Shown here one piece after another: positions 45,748 through 59,079 of a stretch of 64,000 bases of DNA. The DNA is from Takakia lepidozioides (taxonomy: Eukaryota > Plantae > Bryophyta). Under the pieces are notes generated by a model, which was not told the DNA's origin, made no database searches, and was given only the letters and a program-made list of their open reading frames with translations. Where the stretch lies: the NCBI GenBank assembly GCA_030704615.1, contig CM060731.1, forward strand, positions 9,486,001-9,550,000, given 5' to 3'. Positions within the stretch are counted from its first letter, which is position 1; each line of letters opens with the position of its first letter. The translations under genes and the position numbers were made by a program.

Positions 45748-48675
45748 ACTGTAAGCCTTCAAAGCTGAGGTAGGCTGGAACCCTACAGTCCCTGCCAGAT
45801 CTGGGCTTCAAGGTAAAACCCATGCTGGCATTCGTCATGACACCAGGACCTCAGTGGTGGCATGCATGATCTGCAAGTCCATCAAGCATTACACCAGGTG
45901 GTGCCCTTACCAATCTGACTTGTCTGCCCTGATTGAACAGTTACAAAGAGACAAAAAACAGAAGGGTACTTTAAACGAACCCGGTCGTCTGTGAGGGATG
46001 CCAGATGACCATGGTAAAAACCCCAACACGCTGGTAAGTGCTGTTTTTTTTTGTGATTTCAAACTCATGCACTGTGAGGCCTATAAGTGCATCAGTAGGG
46101 ACCGGATCCACCCATTGATGACACAATGTCATGTGGGTCACCTTTCCTTTCCATGTGTTATTGATACTGGCTGTACCATGTCTGCCATTCCACTTAGTAC
46201 AGTCCGCATTCTTGGATTAAAGATTTGCTCTGATCGTGGCCTTGTGGTTACCATAGTTGATGGCACGACATATGAACCCATTGGGTTAGTCACCTTACCT
46301 ATCCGCATTAGTGGGAAAACTGTTTTGCTGACCTGCATTGTCACCATGGGTGAACAAATTTTGTTGGGTCTGGATTGGATGAAGGGTGCAGAGGCCAGCA
46401 TTGACATCATGAACAATCTTATGTGCCTTCACAATGGTGAAGGGCAACCTTGCAAGGTGAGTCTAAGCCATGTTACTATTGCCGCTGGGACCTCTATGAC
46501 CAACTATTCTTGTCTCAAGCTTCAAGCTGAGCAGATGAAGGAGCAGGTGGGTTTGCATTATAATTGGGCCAGATTCAGCCAGTTCCAACCACTTGGTGAT
46601 ACTTTGTACCAATGGCCTTTCCCTCCACTAGGTAAGAAGTCTGGACCTCCCCTGCCTGTGGCAAAGAATACCCTGTTGCTACGTTCTCCAGTTGACTTGA
46701 GCATCCCTGTTTTTTCTCAACGCATAGTACCCACATGCTTAGCTTTTGCTTGCCCTGCAGGTCATTTCCTTGAGGTTGAGGGCTGGAAAAAACTTACCCT
46801 CCAAAAACACTGTCTGGTTGCTTTTGGGGTTTTAGACAGGGGATTCAAGGGCGAGGTCAAGTTACTGATTGCTAATCCTAAACGCATCAGCATCAGTGTC
46901 CGCCAAGGTCAGGTCCTTGCTAGGCTCACTGCTTCTCCTTTGTCTGAGTTGGCCTCTGTTCAGAAAGGTCTCAGTCTTCATGATATTGGGCTAGTGGACT
47001 CCCCTGTGGACCAACTTCAGACGTTTGCCTCTCATTCTGGTTCCACTGACAAAGGCCCGCTTACTCCTGAAGTAGAGCAACATTTCCAGCAGGTCTTCAA
47101 GGATATCAAGGTGGGTGATCATCTTGCTCCCCAGCAGATTAATCGCCTGCACCAGTTTCTTCGTGACAATCTTGTCATCTTTAGTAAAAGGCTTCATGAC
47201 TTGGGCCGCACCATCCTTCTGGATCATGACATCATCACAGATGGTAAGCCTATCAAACAACATGCTTATAGGGAGAGTGTCCGTGAGCGCAAGGTCATTC
47301 AGGATGAGATTACCAAGATGCTTGATGTTGGTGTAATCACCCCCTCCATATCCCCTTGGGCCAGTCCCACTGTCTTGGTGGGTAAGATGATGGCTCAACC
47401 CGTTTTTGCGTTGATTTTCGGCGTTTAAATGCCATCACAAATAGGGATGTTTACCCTTTGCCACGCATTAATGAAACGCTAGATCAACTTAATGGGGCCA
47501 CTATCTTCTCTTCCTTAAGATTTAGCCTCTGGCTTTTGGCAAGTTCCTTTAACTGCTGCTGCTTAGGAGAAAACTACCTTCACCTGCAAGATGGGCCTCT
47601 TCCAATTTGAAACCATGCCTTTTGGTCTTTGCAACGCCACTGACACATTTCAGCGCCTTATGGACATCGTTTTAGGAAACCGTCGTTGGGAGTGTGCATT
47701 AGTTTACATTGATGATATCAACATTTATTTTACAACGTTTGATGCTTATCTACTGGATTTGTAGCGGATTGTGTGTAGACTTCGTGTAGCCGGGCTTAAA
47801 GTTAAAGCCAAGAAGTGTGATTTTTGTATGGAACAGCTCCATTTATTGGGCCATCTGCTTTCTGCTGCTAGCATCCGTCCTGACCCCGCTAAGATCCAAG
47901 CAGTGTGGAATTATCCAGCCCCTAGGGACAAAACATGTGTTAAGGCCTTCTTGGGCTTGGGTTCTTACTATCGTCGCTTCATTTTTCAATTTGCCAAACT
48001 AGCTGCTCCACTCACTCGCTTGTTATCCAAGGATGCTCGTTTTGTATGGGGTACCGCTGAAGCATCCACATTTGAGAAGCTCAAAATTCACTAACCTCTG
48101 CTCCTGTGCTTGTTTATCCTGATTTCACCTTGCCTTTTATCTTGCAAACTGATGCCAGTGATCTAGCTATCTCTGCAGTGTTGAGCCAGATTCAAGATGG
48201 TCTGGAGCATGCCATCGCATATGCCTCTCGCCGCCTTGATAAACATGAGCGTAATTACTCTATCACTGACAAGGAAGGCCTTGCCGTTATCTTTGGAGTC
48301 AAATATTTTAGGTAGTATTTACATGGCTGTTATTTTACCATTGAAACTGATCATCTACCTTTAAAAGCCTTGCTAACCCCTCGTGAACTCACTAGCAGAT
48401 TAGCTCGGTGGGCTCTCATTCTGCAAGGCTATGACTTTACCATCTCCTACAAGCATGGGAAGGATAATGTTAATGCAGATGCTTTGACTCGAGGCGAATC
48501 CAAAATCCCTGAACCTTACACTACCTTAAATGATCTAGTCTCCCCTGCTGCACGCTCTACATCACCTGCTGTGCCTATTTCAGATCCCTATGCCTTGTGT
48601 CATTTGCTGGACTATCATTATGTTCCTCCAGATTTGCTTGACACTTGGGATCTTCTTCAGTTTGACGTTGGTTGA
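45748..48675 (+). mobile_element. dUTPase-Gypsy: gag C-terminus (CCHC), protease, dUTPase-like domain, RT, RNase H; integrase absent
   Basis: CMICKSIKHYTRWC; VIDTG; GVLDRGFKGEVKLLIAN...VRQGQVLARL; SPWASP; YIDD; QTDAS; RLARWALILQGYDF. Multiple stops and frameshifts. Confidence 0.9.
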
Positions 48676-49478
48676 CTCTCCCCTGGTATTGGCATGAATT
48701 CTGGTCTGGTATCCTGCAGACGGGTCTGGTACTTTCAGACCAGTGTTGTGCGGGCATGTCACGCTGGGCTCGAGCTTGTCAACATGGGAACAAGTTAGAT
48801 GCCCGTCGGGCCCAGGCATGAAAAGGGCCCCAGCTTTTGTTGTCTGGCTGTCATTTATAGTTTGTTTTCAATTCGATCCAAATGGCTTGTCCTTGTAAAG
48901 GTCCGGCAGTCTTGTACCCAGGCTGGTCATGGTTTCTACATGTGGAAAAGTGGCCCCAACTTCTGGTTTGAATGGTTCATTTCCTTAATAATAGGGGTGG
49001 GGAAAAAATGAAAACCCACAAGGAAGCCATTAGACCAAGCATTGAGTGTCTAGTTCAAAGCAAAGGTAAGCAATATTTACGTATCTATTTGACTAAAGCT
49101 AATCCACTACTACCATCGATTGTCTCGAAGAGCCCGAAACTCGTAATGAATTCTTCATTGCGTGATTGTGATTTTCATGTGAGTTGATTTCAACTGGGTT
49201 GGGCACCCATGAAGATTTTTGTCGTATGAGCCATCGTCAGCACAGGCCTGCCTCAACACATGTCTCACCTGGGGTGCAGTTGTTAGGGCGGGCCCACGGA
49301 GAGACATGCCTGCCTAGGTAGGCCATGTGGTTGTAAAAAGCAGGTGGCGTGCCTGGTGGTCCTTACTGAACATGCCCTTGCACATGTCCCATTCCTGGCG
49401 ATCGGTGCACCACCCAAACACTGGTTCAGACTTCAGACTCAGTTAGCCTCTAATGCTGATCCTGTGGATTTAATTGGA

Positions 49479-50072
49479 GCTATAACTATGATAGGCGACC
49501 CAAACCCATCAAATGGAGAGTTGAATCAATTTGGTTGTGTAAACATGCTGTGAGCAAGCCTGCATCTAAATCTGTCTGTCTGCCCAATAAAGGTCATTTA
49601 TGGTTGATTCAGGGAAGGTGATTGGCATGGAGATTACAGGATTTAACTGTAAACAATAAATGCAAGATGTTATACAAGATGTTGGCAATGATGAGGCCCA
49701 TTTCTTCATAACCAGCATGTTACAAGGTTCGCACCAATCAAACGATCAGCGGACATCAGGAATGTGACAAAACCTTTAATTGTTTGGTGAACTCTGTGCT
49801 TTCTGCAGCTATAACTATGATAGGCGGCCCAAATCCATCAATTGGCAGGTGAATCAATTGGTTGTGTAAACTTGCTGTGAGCAAGCCTGCATCTAAATCT
49901 ATATCTGTCTGCCAAATAAAGGTCATTTATGTTCGATGCAGGGAAGGTGATTGGCATGGAGATTACAGGATTTAACTGTAAACAAAAAATGCAAGATGTT
50001 ATACAAGAACTTGGCAATGATGAGGCCCATTTCTTCATAACCAGCACGTTACAAGGATTGCATCAATCAAAC
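49479..50072. repeat. Direct duplication of about 265 bp
   Basis: 49479-49743 is repeated at ~49808-50072 (GCTATAACTATGATAGGCG...CAATCAAAC). Confidence 0.85.
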
Positions 50073-53000
50073 TGCAGCTATTTTGCAGCGAAGCCTTCAG
50101 GGGAGGATACATCTAAAATCAAATGTCAGCTGCTCCTTCAACAATCACTCCAACTTGAAGACAACCAACTTTGACAACAGTTGGACAAATCATGTCACAG
50201 GCATGAGAGAGAGGAGGCTGCATAGTGTGGCAGTCACATTGTTTGGCAATCACGAGATGGGATCGCATGTATGTAACAAGAATCCAAAATCATCTACTAT
50301 CATGAGAATTGATCATGTGAGAGTAGCTCAGTGAAAGCTCTTTGATGACTTGATGAAGTCAAGTCCCCTTCCTCTAGCCTTAATCACCGACTGACCGATC
50401 TCACAAGCTTAAGAAATGCTGCTAAGATTACCTGCATGAAATTCACCCCAGTGTCATCGATGGGCAAACAAGCTCTTCGGGGAGTGTATCAAACCTCATT
50501 GAAAGCACCATCCTGTCTGTAACCTTTCCTAGTAGGTAGGCCCGTGTTCCTAACTTTCTGCGTGAGAGAACTAACGAGAACTTGCGCAGAACGTGAGAAC
50601 TGAGGTGGAGGCTTGTGCCGACCCAGTGGGCCCTCCGCGAGGGCCCCACTCACGAATTTTTGGAGCAACAGTCCAACTCCTTTGCATGTGGGGAACATGA
50701 TTTAATGTTGGCCTGTTCTCTCCACCCCAAGTGACTCACCGAAGCTGCAGCCAACAGCTGCCTCCAGAGTCAAGACCCTACCCTCTTGGAACACCGAACT
50801 CTTGGCCTTGGCCTCACTTGGAGACGACTGCATTGACAGTTCACCGAGTTATTGGGCCTCCCATCACACTCAAGGGTCTGGAAAAACCTGCCCTGCAACC
50901 AAGGTAAGGGTGCCCACCACAGCTGGCCTGCTATGCATACAGTGAGACAAAAACTTGGGTCAACATATCATAAAGCCCCTGTTGGCATCAGGTTTGATTG
51001 GATGAACTTGAATTGGGGTGCCAAATATAGGTTGAATTATTGAATAGGGCTTGTATTCTCACACATCAACTTGAAGAGACCGAGCGCCCCGCTGGCCACC
51101 TAAGAGAGAAATCAAGAACAAGCCACTCAGCTTTTTGAGGCCAATTTGGCCCCCCTAACCTGCCCAAGTTGCTGACATGGCAACTGCGGTCAGGTTAGGG
51201 TGACTGAACATGAAGGTTAGGGCGGCACGCTCCCCTAAACCCCTTGATTGCCCGGCAGGGGCATGGCGCCCGGCCCAGGCCTGGGCCCTAGCCTGAATCC
51301 GCGGTGATGGCAGCTCTGGCTAACGAGGGCGGGCTGGAGGGAGTGCAGCCGCCGCGATGGCGACAGATCTCGGGGGTCGAGAAAAACGCCAGGAGGGGTG
51401 GGCCAAACCTAGGGCGGGGGTTTGAGAGGGTTGAGGGTGGAATGGCCCCCCATGAAAGCAGGGCCGGGTAGCCAGAGGAGCTCCCAAACCCCGCGCCTCC
51501 TGGGCTACGGCTCCAAATATCCTAGGCCTGCAGGCTATACCAAAGGTGTGCCATTTGAAGTCTTGGGCAGGGAACCTAAGGATGCGGTGCATTCGCTGAT
51601 TGGCCTCAAAGTTTTTCGGGGACTTCATATGGAAGCCCATGACATTTCAACCGGAGGGATTAGGGATTGACCGGCTGAATTTTTTTGTATAATTTTAGGA
51701 AGAGAGATTTTGGCCTGCCCAAAGAAAATGGCATATTTTGACCCCCCCAATTTGTCAATACAAGGAGCCCACTTGAGAACATTTCAGAAAAAACTGAAAT
51801 TTTTTGAGAATGTGTGTTATCAGGTATAGAACAACATTCTTGAGACTCTCAAACAGAAAATAAAAATAAAAATGCCCAAATACGAGCAAAAAACTGCTTT
51901 TTTTTTCACCTAGTTCTTAGTGGAGATTTTTTTTTGTCCCCACTCTACACTTCATAATTTTCAGATCTGGCAATTGGATTTTGGTGAAACTTTTTGTGGT
52001 AGGAGGTGGGGTAGGTGGGAAGTAATTCCAACGGTCAGTTTTACAGGAACACAAAGATTCTACAGATATATTTTTTTGTGGGCCAGGGTCATGTTTTTCC
52101 ACGAGAGGGTGAAAATGAGTTTTGACACTTAAGGGTTAAATGGCAATGGGCTCTCTTGCCTTGGCAAAAACATGAAAGGAAGGTAAGACTAGGGAGCATG
52201 ATTTAGCACAACACACCAATCTGTGCTAGAATAAGGTCTACCACAATTTCTGCGTTGACTTCAATATGGTGCGTACAGGGCCGATTCATAACATGAGGTA
52301 TGATGAAATGAATACCTAATGTTATGATGATTAAATAGATTCCGTCCCGTGCTTTCTGTATACCGTAGAGGCCGCTCCATTTCGACGGATCCTTGCCGGA
52401 ATCATTAAATACATGCAGGTCGCCAGGTTCGGCAGGCTTAATGACAATATTAATTATTTCGTTCAGGCTTCATCCAATTTTTCAGGAATTTATGCACTCT
52501 TGGGTACTTTTTTCAAATTAGGTGGGCCATGTCAAGATTCTCTTACAATTGACATTCTCTATGGCAAGTCATAATTATGGTTAGCCATAACTCTCTACCA
52601 AGCCATAGTCATGGCCAGTGGTAAATATTTTTAATAAGTCTCAAACTTTGTTTTTATTATTATTTTGTTTTCCAAACTTGACGTTTAGGAGTTACCATAT
52701 TGCTACCTTTTGTTTTCAAAGTTCATCTTCTTAAGTGCAGATTATTCCCATATTTCGTCTACTTAAAGTGAATTAATTAAAGACGAAATAGAGCGACCTC
52801 TCCGGTATATATATTGTATCATATTATATATAAAACTTGTGTTGGGCTCTTGGGGGTTGAAATCAGGATTTAGCCTGTATGTACCACACGAAAGACAGTT
52901 GTGGCATAGCAAACCCTTAAATTGAATGGGAGTTCAGGTGGTAGTCCTTCGAATTAAGTACTATTTGACACGAGGGTTGGGTAGCCTTGAGCAGGCTCAC

Positions 53001-53639
53001 GCCTCTCTGCTTTTTCTCACGTGAGCAGAAGAGGATATGCATTCCAAGAATATTTTGGAAAAGCTTTAGCGAAACTAAAATGTGAAATTTGTGCTCACGT
53101 GAGCACAAGCCACACGAAGTTGGGGCATTGGGCCCTATGCCTGAGCGTTTGTCATACATTGCACGAAGAACACGCTTTCCATCTCCATCAATAATTTTTG
53201 TTGATTAATAGTTGCATATTTAATCATGTGATGTTGACGCTCGTAGTAATCACTAACATGCGAAACTAGTCACAATTCATTTTACTTAGCCCACGAAAGC
53301 GTGGGTAATGACCTACTCCAATAAACTCACGTCATCCCTTATATGCAAAACCAAACACAACTCATTTTGTTTCGCCCACAAAACCATTGGATAATGACGT
53401 ATGCAACGATACCTTGAAATTTCATTGGCAAAACCCAATACCTTGATTATTTCGCTGGCAGAACCCGTACTTTGTCTCATTATACTAAATAGTTCAATTA
53501 TTGTTTGGTATTTATGTGTTTTGGATGGTGTTGGTTATTGTGATTTTGTTTTACCCTAATGTGTTACTTTTGTAGCTGTAAATATGTGGAACTTTGAGCT
53601 TGTAGATATACATTATGGGTGCATATTTTCGCAGTAGGG

Positions 53640-55330
53640 ATCTTGATGCACTTAAGTAAGAGACAGACATACGTATCTGAGTCTGCTGAAATGCCTCGTT
53701 GGTTTAAAGTCTGTAGAGCCTTTGTCAGTCTGCCTGCCTCACAAAGCATCTTCACATGCCCAACATAAGAGGCATTATGGACTCCCTCTCTTGATCCTCT
53801 TTCAGAAGTTGTGGTCATGGTTGAGGTGTCTAACTTTATCAACTGTGCCGCTGCAGCTGCTACCTTTAGTTGACCATGGGTGCAATTGCACTCTCCCTTT
53901 CCTCTCTGCTTTTGTTTGCTATTCAAAGGTAGGATTCCTGCCCTGAGTTTAAATTTTAGTCTGGTGCCGAGAGTGGGTAGACCCTTGAGGGACCTCATCC
54001 ATGATGTCCTCCCCCATGTCACAGACTGGAAACAAGTCCAGGGAAGTTTTCTGCCTAACTTCATTTTCATTAGACAATTTTCTGGAAACAGACATGGCTT
54101 TGGACACTACAGCCTCTAAGTCAGTAGGGTTGGGGTGTTTGCTGGAACAATTCTAGGCTGTCATTGTCAGCTGCTAGCAGCAAGGCAAGGATGTATGCAT
54201 GATTTGTGCAGAGGTCTGGAAAGCTGAAGGAGCAGGGATAGAGTGTGGGTCCGGATTCATCCAAGAGGGCCGAATTTCAAGCTCCAGATTACCTATGATT
54301 CCCTGTGGAAGGATAGCTATACGAAACCTACATGGGTAGATGGTGAACTGGAAGCCGCAGCACCAGCGGCTCAATTGATAAAATCAGGCACTGCTAATGA
54401 AGGTACCTTCTTCAACACATTTCACCATGTTTTTCCCTCTTATCAGAATCGGCCATAACTTTTCATTTTGAATTCTGATACTTTTCTGACCCCAGTCAAT
54501 GGCAGGACAATCGAGGCAAAAGGTGAATGCCTGTTGGATTACAGAGAGTAGCAGATGCAATTGACCATAGGAACTAGTGTGATAAGTTGAGTTGGGTGTT
54601 TCCTAGAACAAATCTAGGCTGTCATTGTCAGGTGCTAGCAGCAAGGCAAGGATGCAGTATGCATGATTTGTGCAGAGGCATGGATAGCTGAAGGAGCAGG
54701 GATAGAGTGTGGGTCTAGGTTCATCCAAGAGGGCCGGACTTCACGCTCCAGATTACCTATGATTCCATGTGGATCAATAGCTACAAGAAACCTGCATGGG
54801 TAGAGTCTGTTATTTTTGGATATTTTCCTGTTGTCACATTGGCAGTATCATGTCAAAGTCACTCCACCAGCTGACTTGCAGAATTCAACATGGAAATTTA
54901 GGATAGATTCTGATAAGAAGGAAAAATAGGGTGAAATGTGTTGAAGAATGTGCCTTCATTAACAGTGCCTGATTTTATCCATTGTGCCGCTGCTGCTGCG
55001 GCTTCCAATTGACCATCTGTTTCTTGTAGCTATCCTCCACAGGGAATCATAGGTATCTGGAGCTTGAAATCCGGGCCTCTTGGATGAATCAGGACCCACA
55101 ATCTATCCCTGCACTCCTTCAGCTATCCATGCCTGTGTACAAATTGAATACATCCTCAGCCTTGCTGCAGCTAGCAGCTAAAGCAGCTGACACCGACGCC
55201 CTAACCCTACCTACAATATCATGTCAAAATCACTCCAAAACCACCATACATCCACCAACGAGCTTCTCCTAATCTATGTTATCTGTTTTTGGATACTTTC
55301 CTGCTGCCACATCGGCAGTAACTTGTCAAA
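53640..55330. pseudogene. Scrambled pieces of the PDF/PPR gene family in both orientations
   Basis: Near-identical to segments in 200-2700 (e.g. 54243-54458 vs 2301-2450; 53640-53875 is the PPR leader on minus), with a LINE piece at ~53880-54120. Confidence 0.8.
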
Positions 55331-55493
55331 GTCACTCCTAACCACCACAGATCCACCCCCGGGGGGTGCACTCCAGCCACGTGCGTGCACAGGAGGGGGT
55401 ATTTTAAACCCCTCCATGTACAACATTATACATATAGAGGGGGGTTTATATCACCTTAAATATAATCTTACAGGAGGGGGTTACTAAGTTTTA

Positions 55494-55560
55494 GGAGTAG
55501 TCTAGTGGTAAGGGCGTAGAATGTGGCGTGACACATCGCGGGATCAAATCGCGATGCAAT
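55494..55560 (+). other. Degenerate tRNA-like (His-like) sequence
   Basis: GTAGTCTAGTGGTAAG...TGTGGC...GGGATCAAATCGCG; the stems are broken. Confidence 0.3.
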
Positions 55561-55929
55561 GTTTTTTTGCTTTTCTTTTTTTTCTTTTCTCCCCGCGATC
55601 TGTCTCCCGCGGGCTCTCTTTTCCCTCCTCCCCCGCACCCCTTCCGTGTCAGCATGGTCTTAGCATGCCATGAGCTTTGTGACCCCCTCTCTTTCTTGTT
55701 TCTTTTTTCCTCTTATCCCATAAGATCTTTGAGCTTCCTGCAGCCATTGTGAAGTACAATCGCATTCTACCAAGATTTGGCGTTTGCGGAATAGTGGCAC
55801 CCTTCCATGGCCTAAGCATACTCAACAAGGCCTGGCTCCGGAGGCTGAGACAGAAGCTTCAGTTCATCTTGTGGCTCCTGAGAAACCTGGTCGCTATCTC
55901 TCATTGGCGTCTGGTAGCACCTGCTGGTC

Positions 55930-58900
55930 CTAAGTTTTGTCATCTGGTTTGGGTTTTGATTCAGGTATGTCCAAACAGATTGCTTTTCTTTCGTTCTGTT
56001 CCTCTGCGCCTCTCCACCTATCCTCAGCCTCGAGACTTTCAAAGTTGGTAAACAGGGGTATAGGCACAATTCCCTTGATAGTATTGAAGAGAGCGTCTCT
56101 TTGGTGAGAGAACCCCGGACAGTGTATCAGAAAACGAATACTGTCTTCAGGTTGCCCACACAACGGACAATTGCACTCTCCCTTTCCTCTCGAATCTGTT
56201 TGCTGTTCAAAGGTAGGCTTCCTGCCCTGAGTTTAAATTTCAGTCTAGTGCCGAGAGTGGGTGGACCCTTGAGGTCATCCAAGATGTCCACCCCCATGTC
56301 ACTGACTGGAACAAGTTCAGGGAAGTTCTCTGCCTAACTTCATTTTCATCAGACAATCTCATGGCAACAGACATGGCTTCAGACACTACAGCCTCTAAGT
56401 CAGATTTATCCAGCAGGGTCAAGACTTGCGGATCCAGGTCAAGGTCCTTGAGAATCTTTTCTACTCTCTTCTGCCAGGACTTCGCCTGTTGACAGGGTTT
56501 AGGGTTTCCAAGATATAGAGTCGATTAACTTAGGATATCTAGTGTTGGGCGTATGTTGCAGCTGACCCCACCATCTGACCTTGATTTCATCTCGTCGGGA
56601 GCTTAATGATGGAATGCCAAACTCACCCCGAACAGCCACATTGGCTGTTTTGGAGCATGTTGACATACACTCCTTAAGCGCCCCCACTTGAATGGATTCT
56701 AGAGACTTAGCCTGGTTGGAGTTATCAACCCATATAGCAGATCCGTACTCCAAGGCAGGTCTAATAACGCGAGAAAGCATGGTTTTTCTTAACCTCAGAG
56801 TTGACCCCTGTGCAGTGGAAAATTTAGTGAGCCCCAGAGCTTTGCCCATTTGGTGAGAGAACCCCAGATAGTGAATCAGAAAATGAATATTGTCTTCAGA
56901 TTGCCCACACAATGGGCAGTGCACTCCCCCTTTCTCTCTGCTTCTGTTTGTTGTTCAAAGGTAGGCTTCCTACCCTGAGTTTAAATTTCAGTCTAGTGCC
57001 GAGAGTGGGTGGACCCTTGAGGTCATCCAAGATGTCCCCCCCCATGTCACTGACTAGAAACAAGTTCAGGGAAGTTCTCTGCCTAACTTCATTTTCATCA
57101 GACAATCTCATGGCAACAGACATGGCTTCAGACACACAGCCTCTAAGTCAGATTATCCAGCAGGGTCAAGACTTGCGGATCCAGGTCAAGGTCCTTGAGA
57201 ATCTTTTCTACTCTCTTCTGCCCGGACTTCGCCTGTTTGACAGGGTTTAGGGTTTCCAAGATATAGAGTCGATTAACTTAGGATATCTAGTGTTGGGCAT
57301 ATGTTGCAGCTGACCCCACCATTTGACCTTGATTTCATCTCGGCGGGAGCTTAATGATGGAATTCCAAACTCACCCCGAACAGCCACATTGGCTGTTTTG
57401 GAGCATGTTGACATACACTCCTTAAGCACCCCCACTTGAATGGATTCTAGAGACTTAGTCTGGTTGGAGTTATCAACCCATATAGCAGATCCGTACTCCA
57501 AGGCAGGTCTAACTAACGCGAGAAAGCATGGTTTTTCTTAACCTCAGAGCTGACCCCTGTGCAGTGGAAAATTTAGTGAGCCCAGAGCTTTGCCCATTTG
57601 GTGAGAGAACCCCAGATAGTGTATCAGAAATGAATATTGTCTTCAGATTGCCCACACAATGGGCAGTGCACTCCCCCCCCCTTTCCTCTCTGCTTCTGTT
57701 TGTTGTTGAAAGGTAGGCTTTCTGCCATGAGTTTAAATTTCAGTCTAGTGCCGAGAGTGTGTAGGCCCTTGAGGTCATCCAAGATGTCCACCCCCATGTC
57801 ACTGACTGGACAAGTTCAGGGAAGTTCTCTGCCTACTTCATTTTCATCAACAATCTCATGGCAACAGACATGGCTTCAGACACTACAGCCTCTAAGTCAG
57901 ATTTATCCAGCAGGGTCAAGACTTGCGGATCCAGGTCAAGGTCCTTGAGAATCTTTTCTACTCTCTTCTGCCAGGACTTCGCCTGTTTGACAGGGTTTAG
58001 GGTTTCCAAGATATAGAGTCGATTAACTTAGGATATCTGGTGTTGGGCATATGTTGCAGCTGACCCCACCATCTGACCTTGATTTCATCTCGTCGGGAGC
58101 TTAATGATGGAATGCCAAACTCACCCCGAACAGCCACATTGGCTGTTTTGGAGCATGCTGACATACACTCCTTAAGCGCCCCCACTTGAATGGATTCTAG
58201 AGACTTAGCCTGGTTGGAGTTATCAACCCATATAGCAGATCCGTACTCCAAGGCAGGTCTAATAACGCGAGAAAGCATGGTTTTCTTAACCTCAGAGTTG
58301 ACCCCTGTGCAGTGGAAAATTTAGTGAGCCCCAGAGCTTTGCCCATTTGGTGAGAGAACCCCAGACAGTGTATCAGAAAATGAATATTGTCTTCAGATTG
58401 CCCACACAATGGGAAGTGCACTCCCCCTTTCCTCTCTGCTTCTGTTTGTTGTTCAAAGGTAGGCTTCCTTCCCTCAGTTTAAATTTCAGTCTAGTGCCGA
58501 GAGTGGGTGGACCCTTGAGGTCATCCAAGATGTCCTCCCCCATGTCACTGACTAGAAACAAGTTCAGGGAAGTTTTCTGCCTAACTTCATTTTCATCAGA
58601 CAATCTCATGGCAACAGACATGGCTTTGGACACTACAGCCTCTAAGTCGGATTTATCCAACAGGGTCAAGACTTGCGGATCCAGGTCCAGGTCCTTGAGA
58701 ATCTCTTCTACTCTGGTGTTGGGAAACACCTTTTGATCTCAGTCCAAACCAGGAAGTGGTCAAAGGTACCAATATCAGTTATGTCGATCATCGAAGAGAA
58801 ACACTCGGGGAACAAATTTTTGTCCATTATGATATAGTCCACAATGGAACGTTCCCTAGTTTGGGATTTCTCACGAGTCCACTGCACTTGGTCACCTCTT

Positions 58901-59064
58901 GTCTTGTTATTCAAGGTCAAAAGCTGAAGCTCTTCCAGACAGTTAATTAACGGTCTGCCATTAGAATTCAGCTCGTCCTCACCAAAAGACCCAATGATAT
59001 CATCCTGATGGAGCCCTTTGCCCACTTGCGCATTGACGTCACCTTGCAATAGCACCACAAACAT
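55930..59064 (-). mobile_element. RTE-like LINE remnant: APE endonuclease piece plus C-terminal region amplified as a ~750-bp tandem repeat
   Basis: GDVNAQVG...NSNGRPL...SIVDYII...DHFLV at 59064-58708. VIRPALEYGSAIW occurs three times and GTRLKFKLR..LPLN...CPLCGQSED..HFLIHC four times. Stop positions 56499/57247/57997 give the period. Confidence 0.88.
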
Positions 59065-59079
59065 GAAGAGAAGCTTTGG

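Noticed and set aside
53289-53318. Helitron 3' end (CCCACG-AAAG-CGTGGG hairpin)
   Set aside because: It is followed by CTAC rather than CTRR, with no Rep/helicase or identifiable 5' end.
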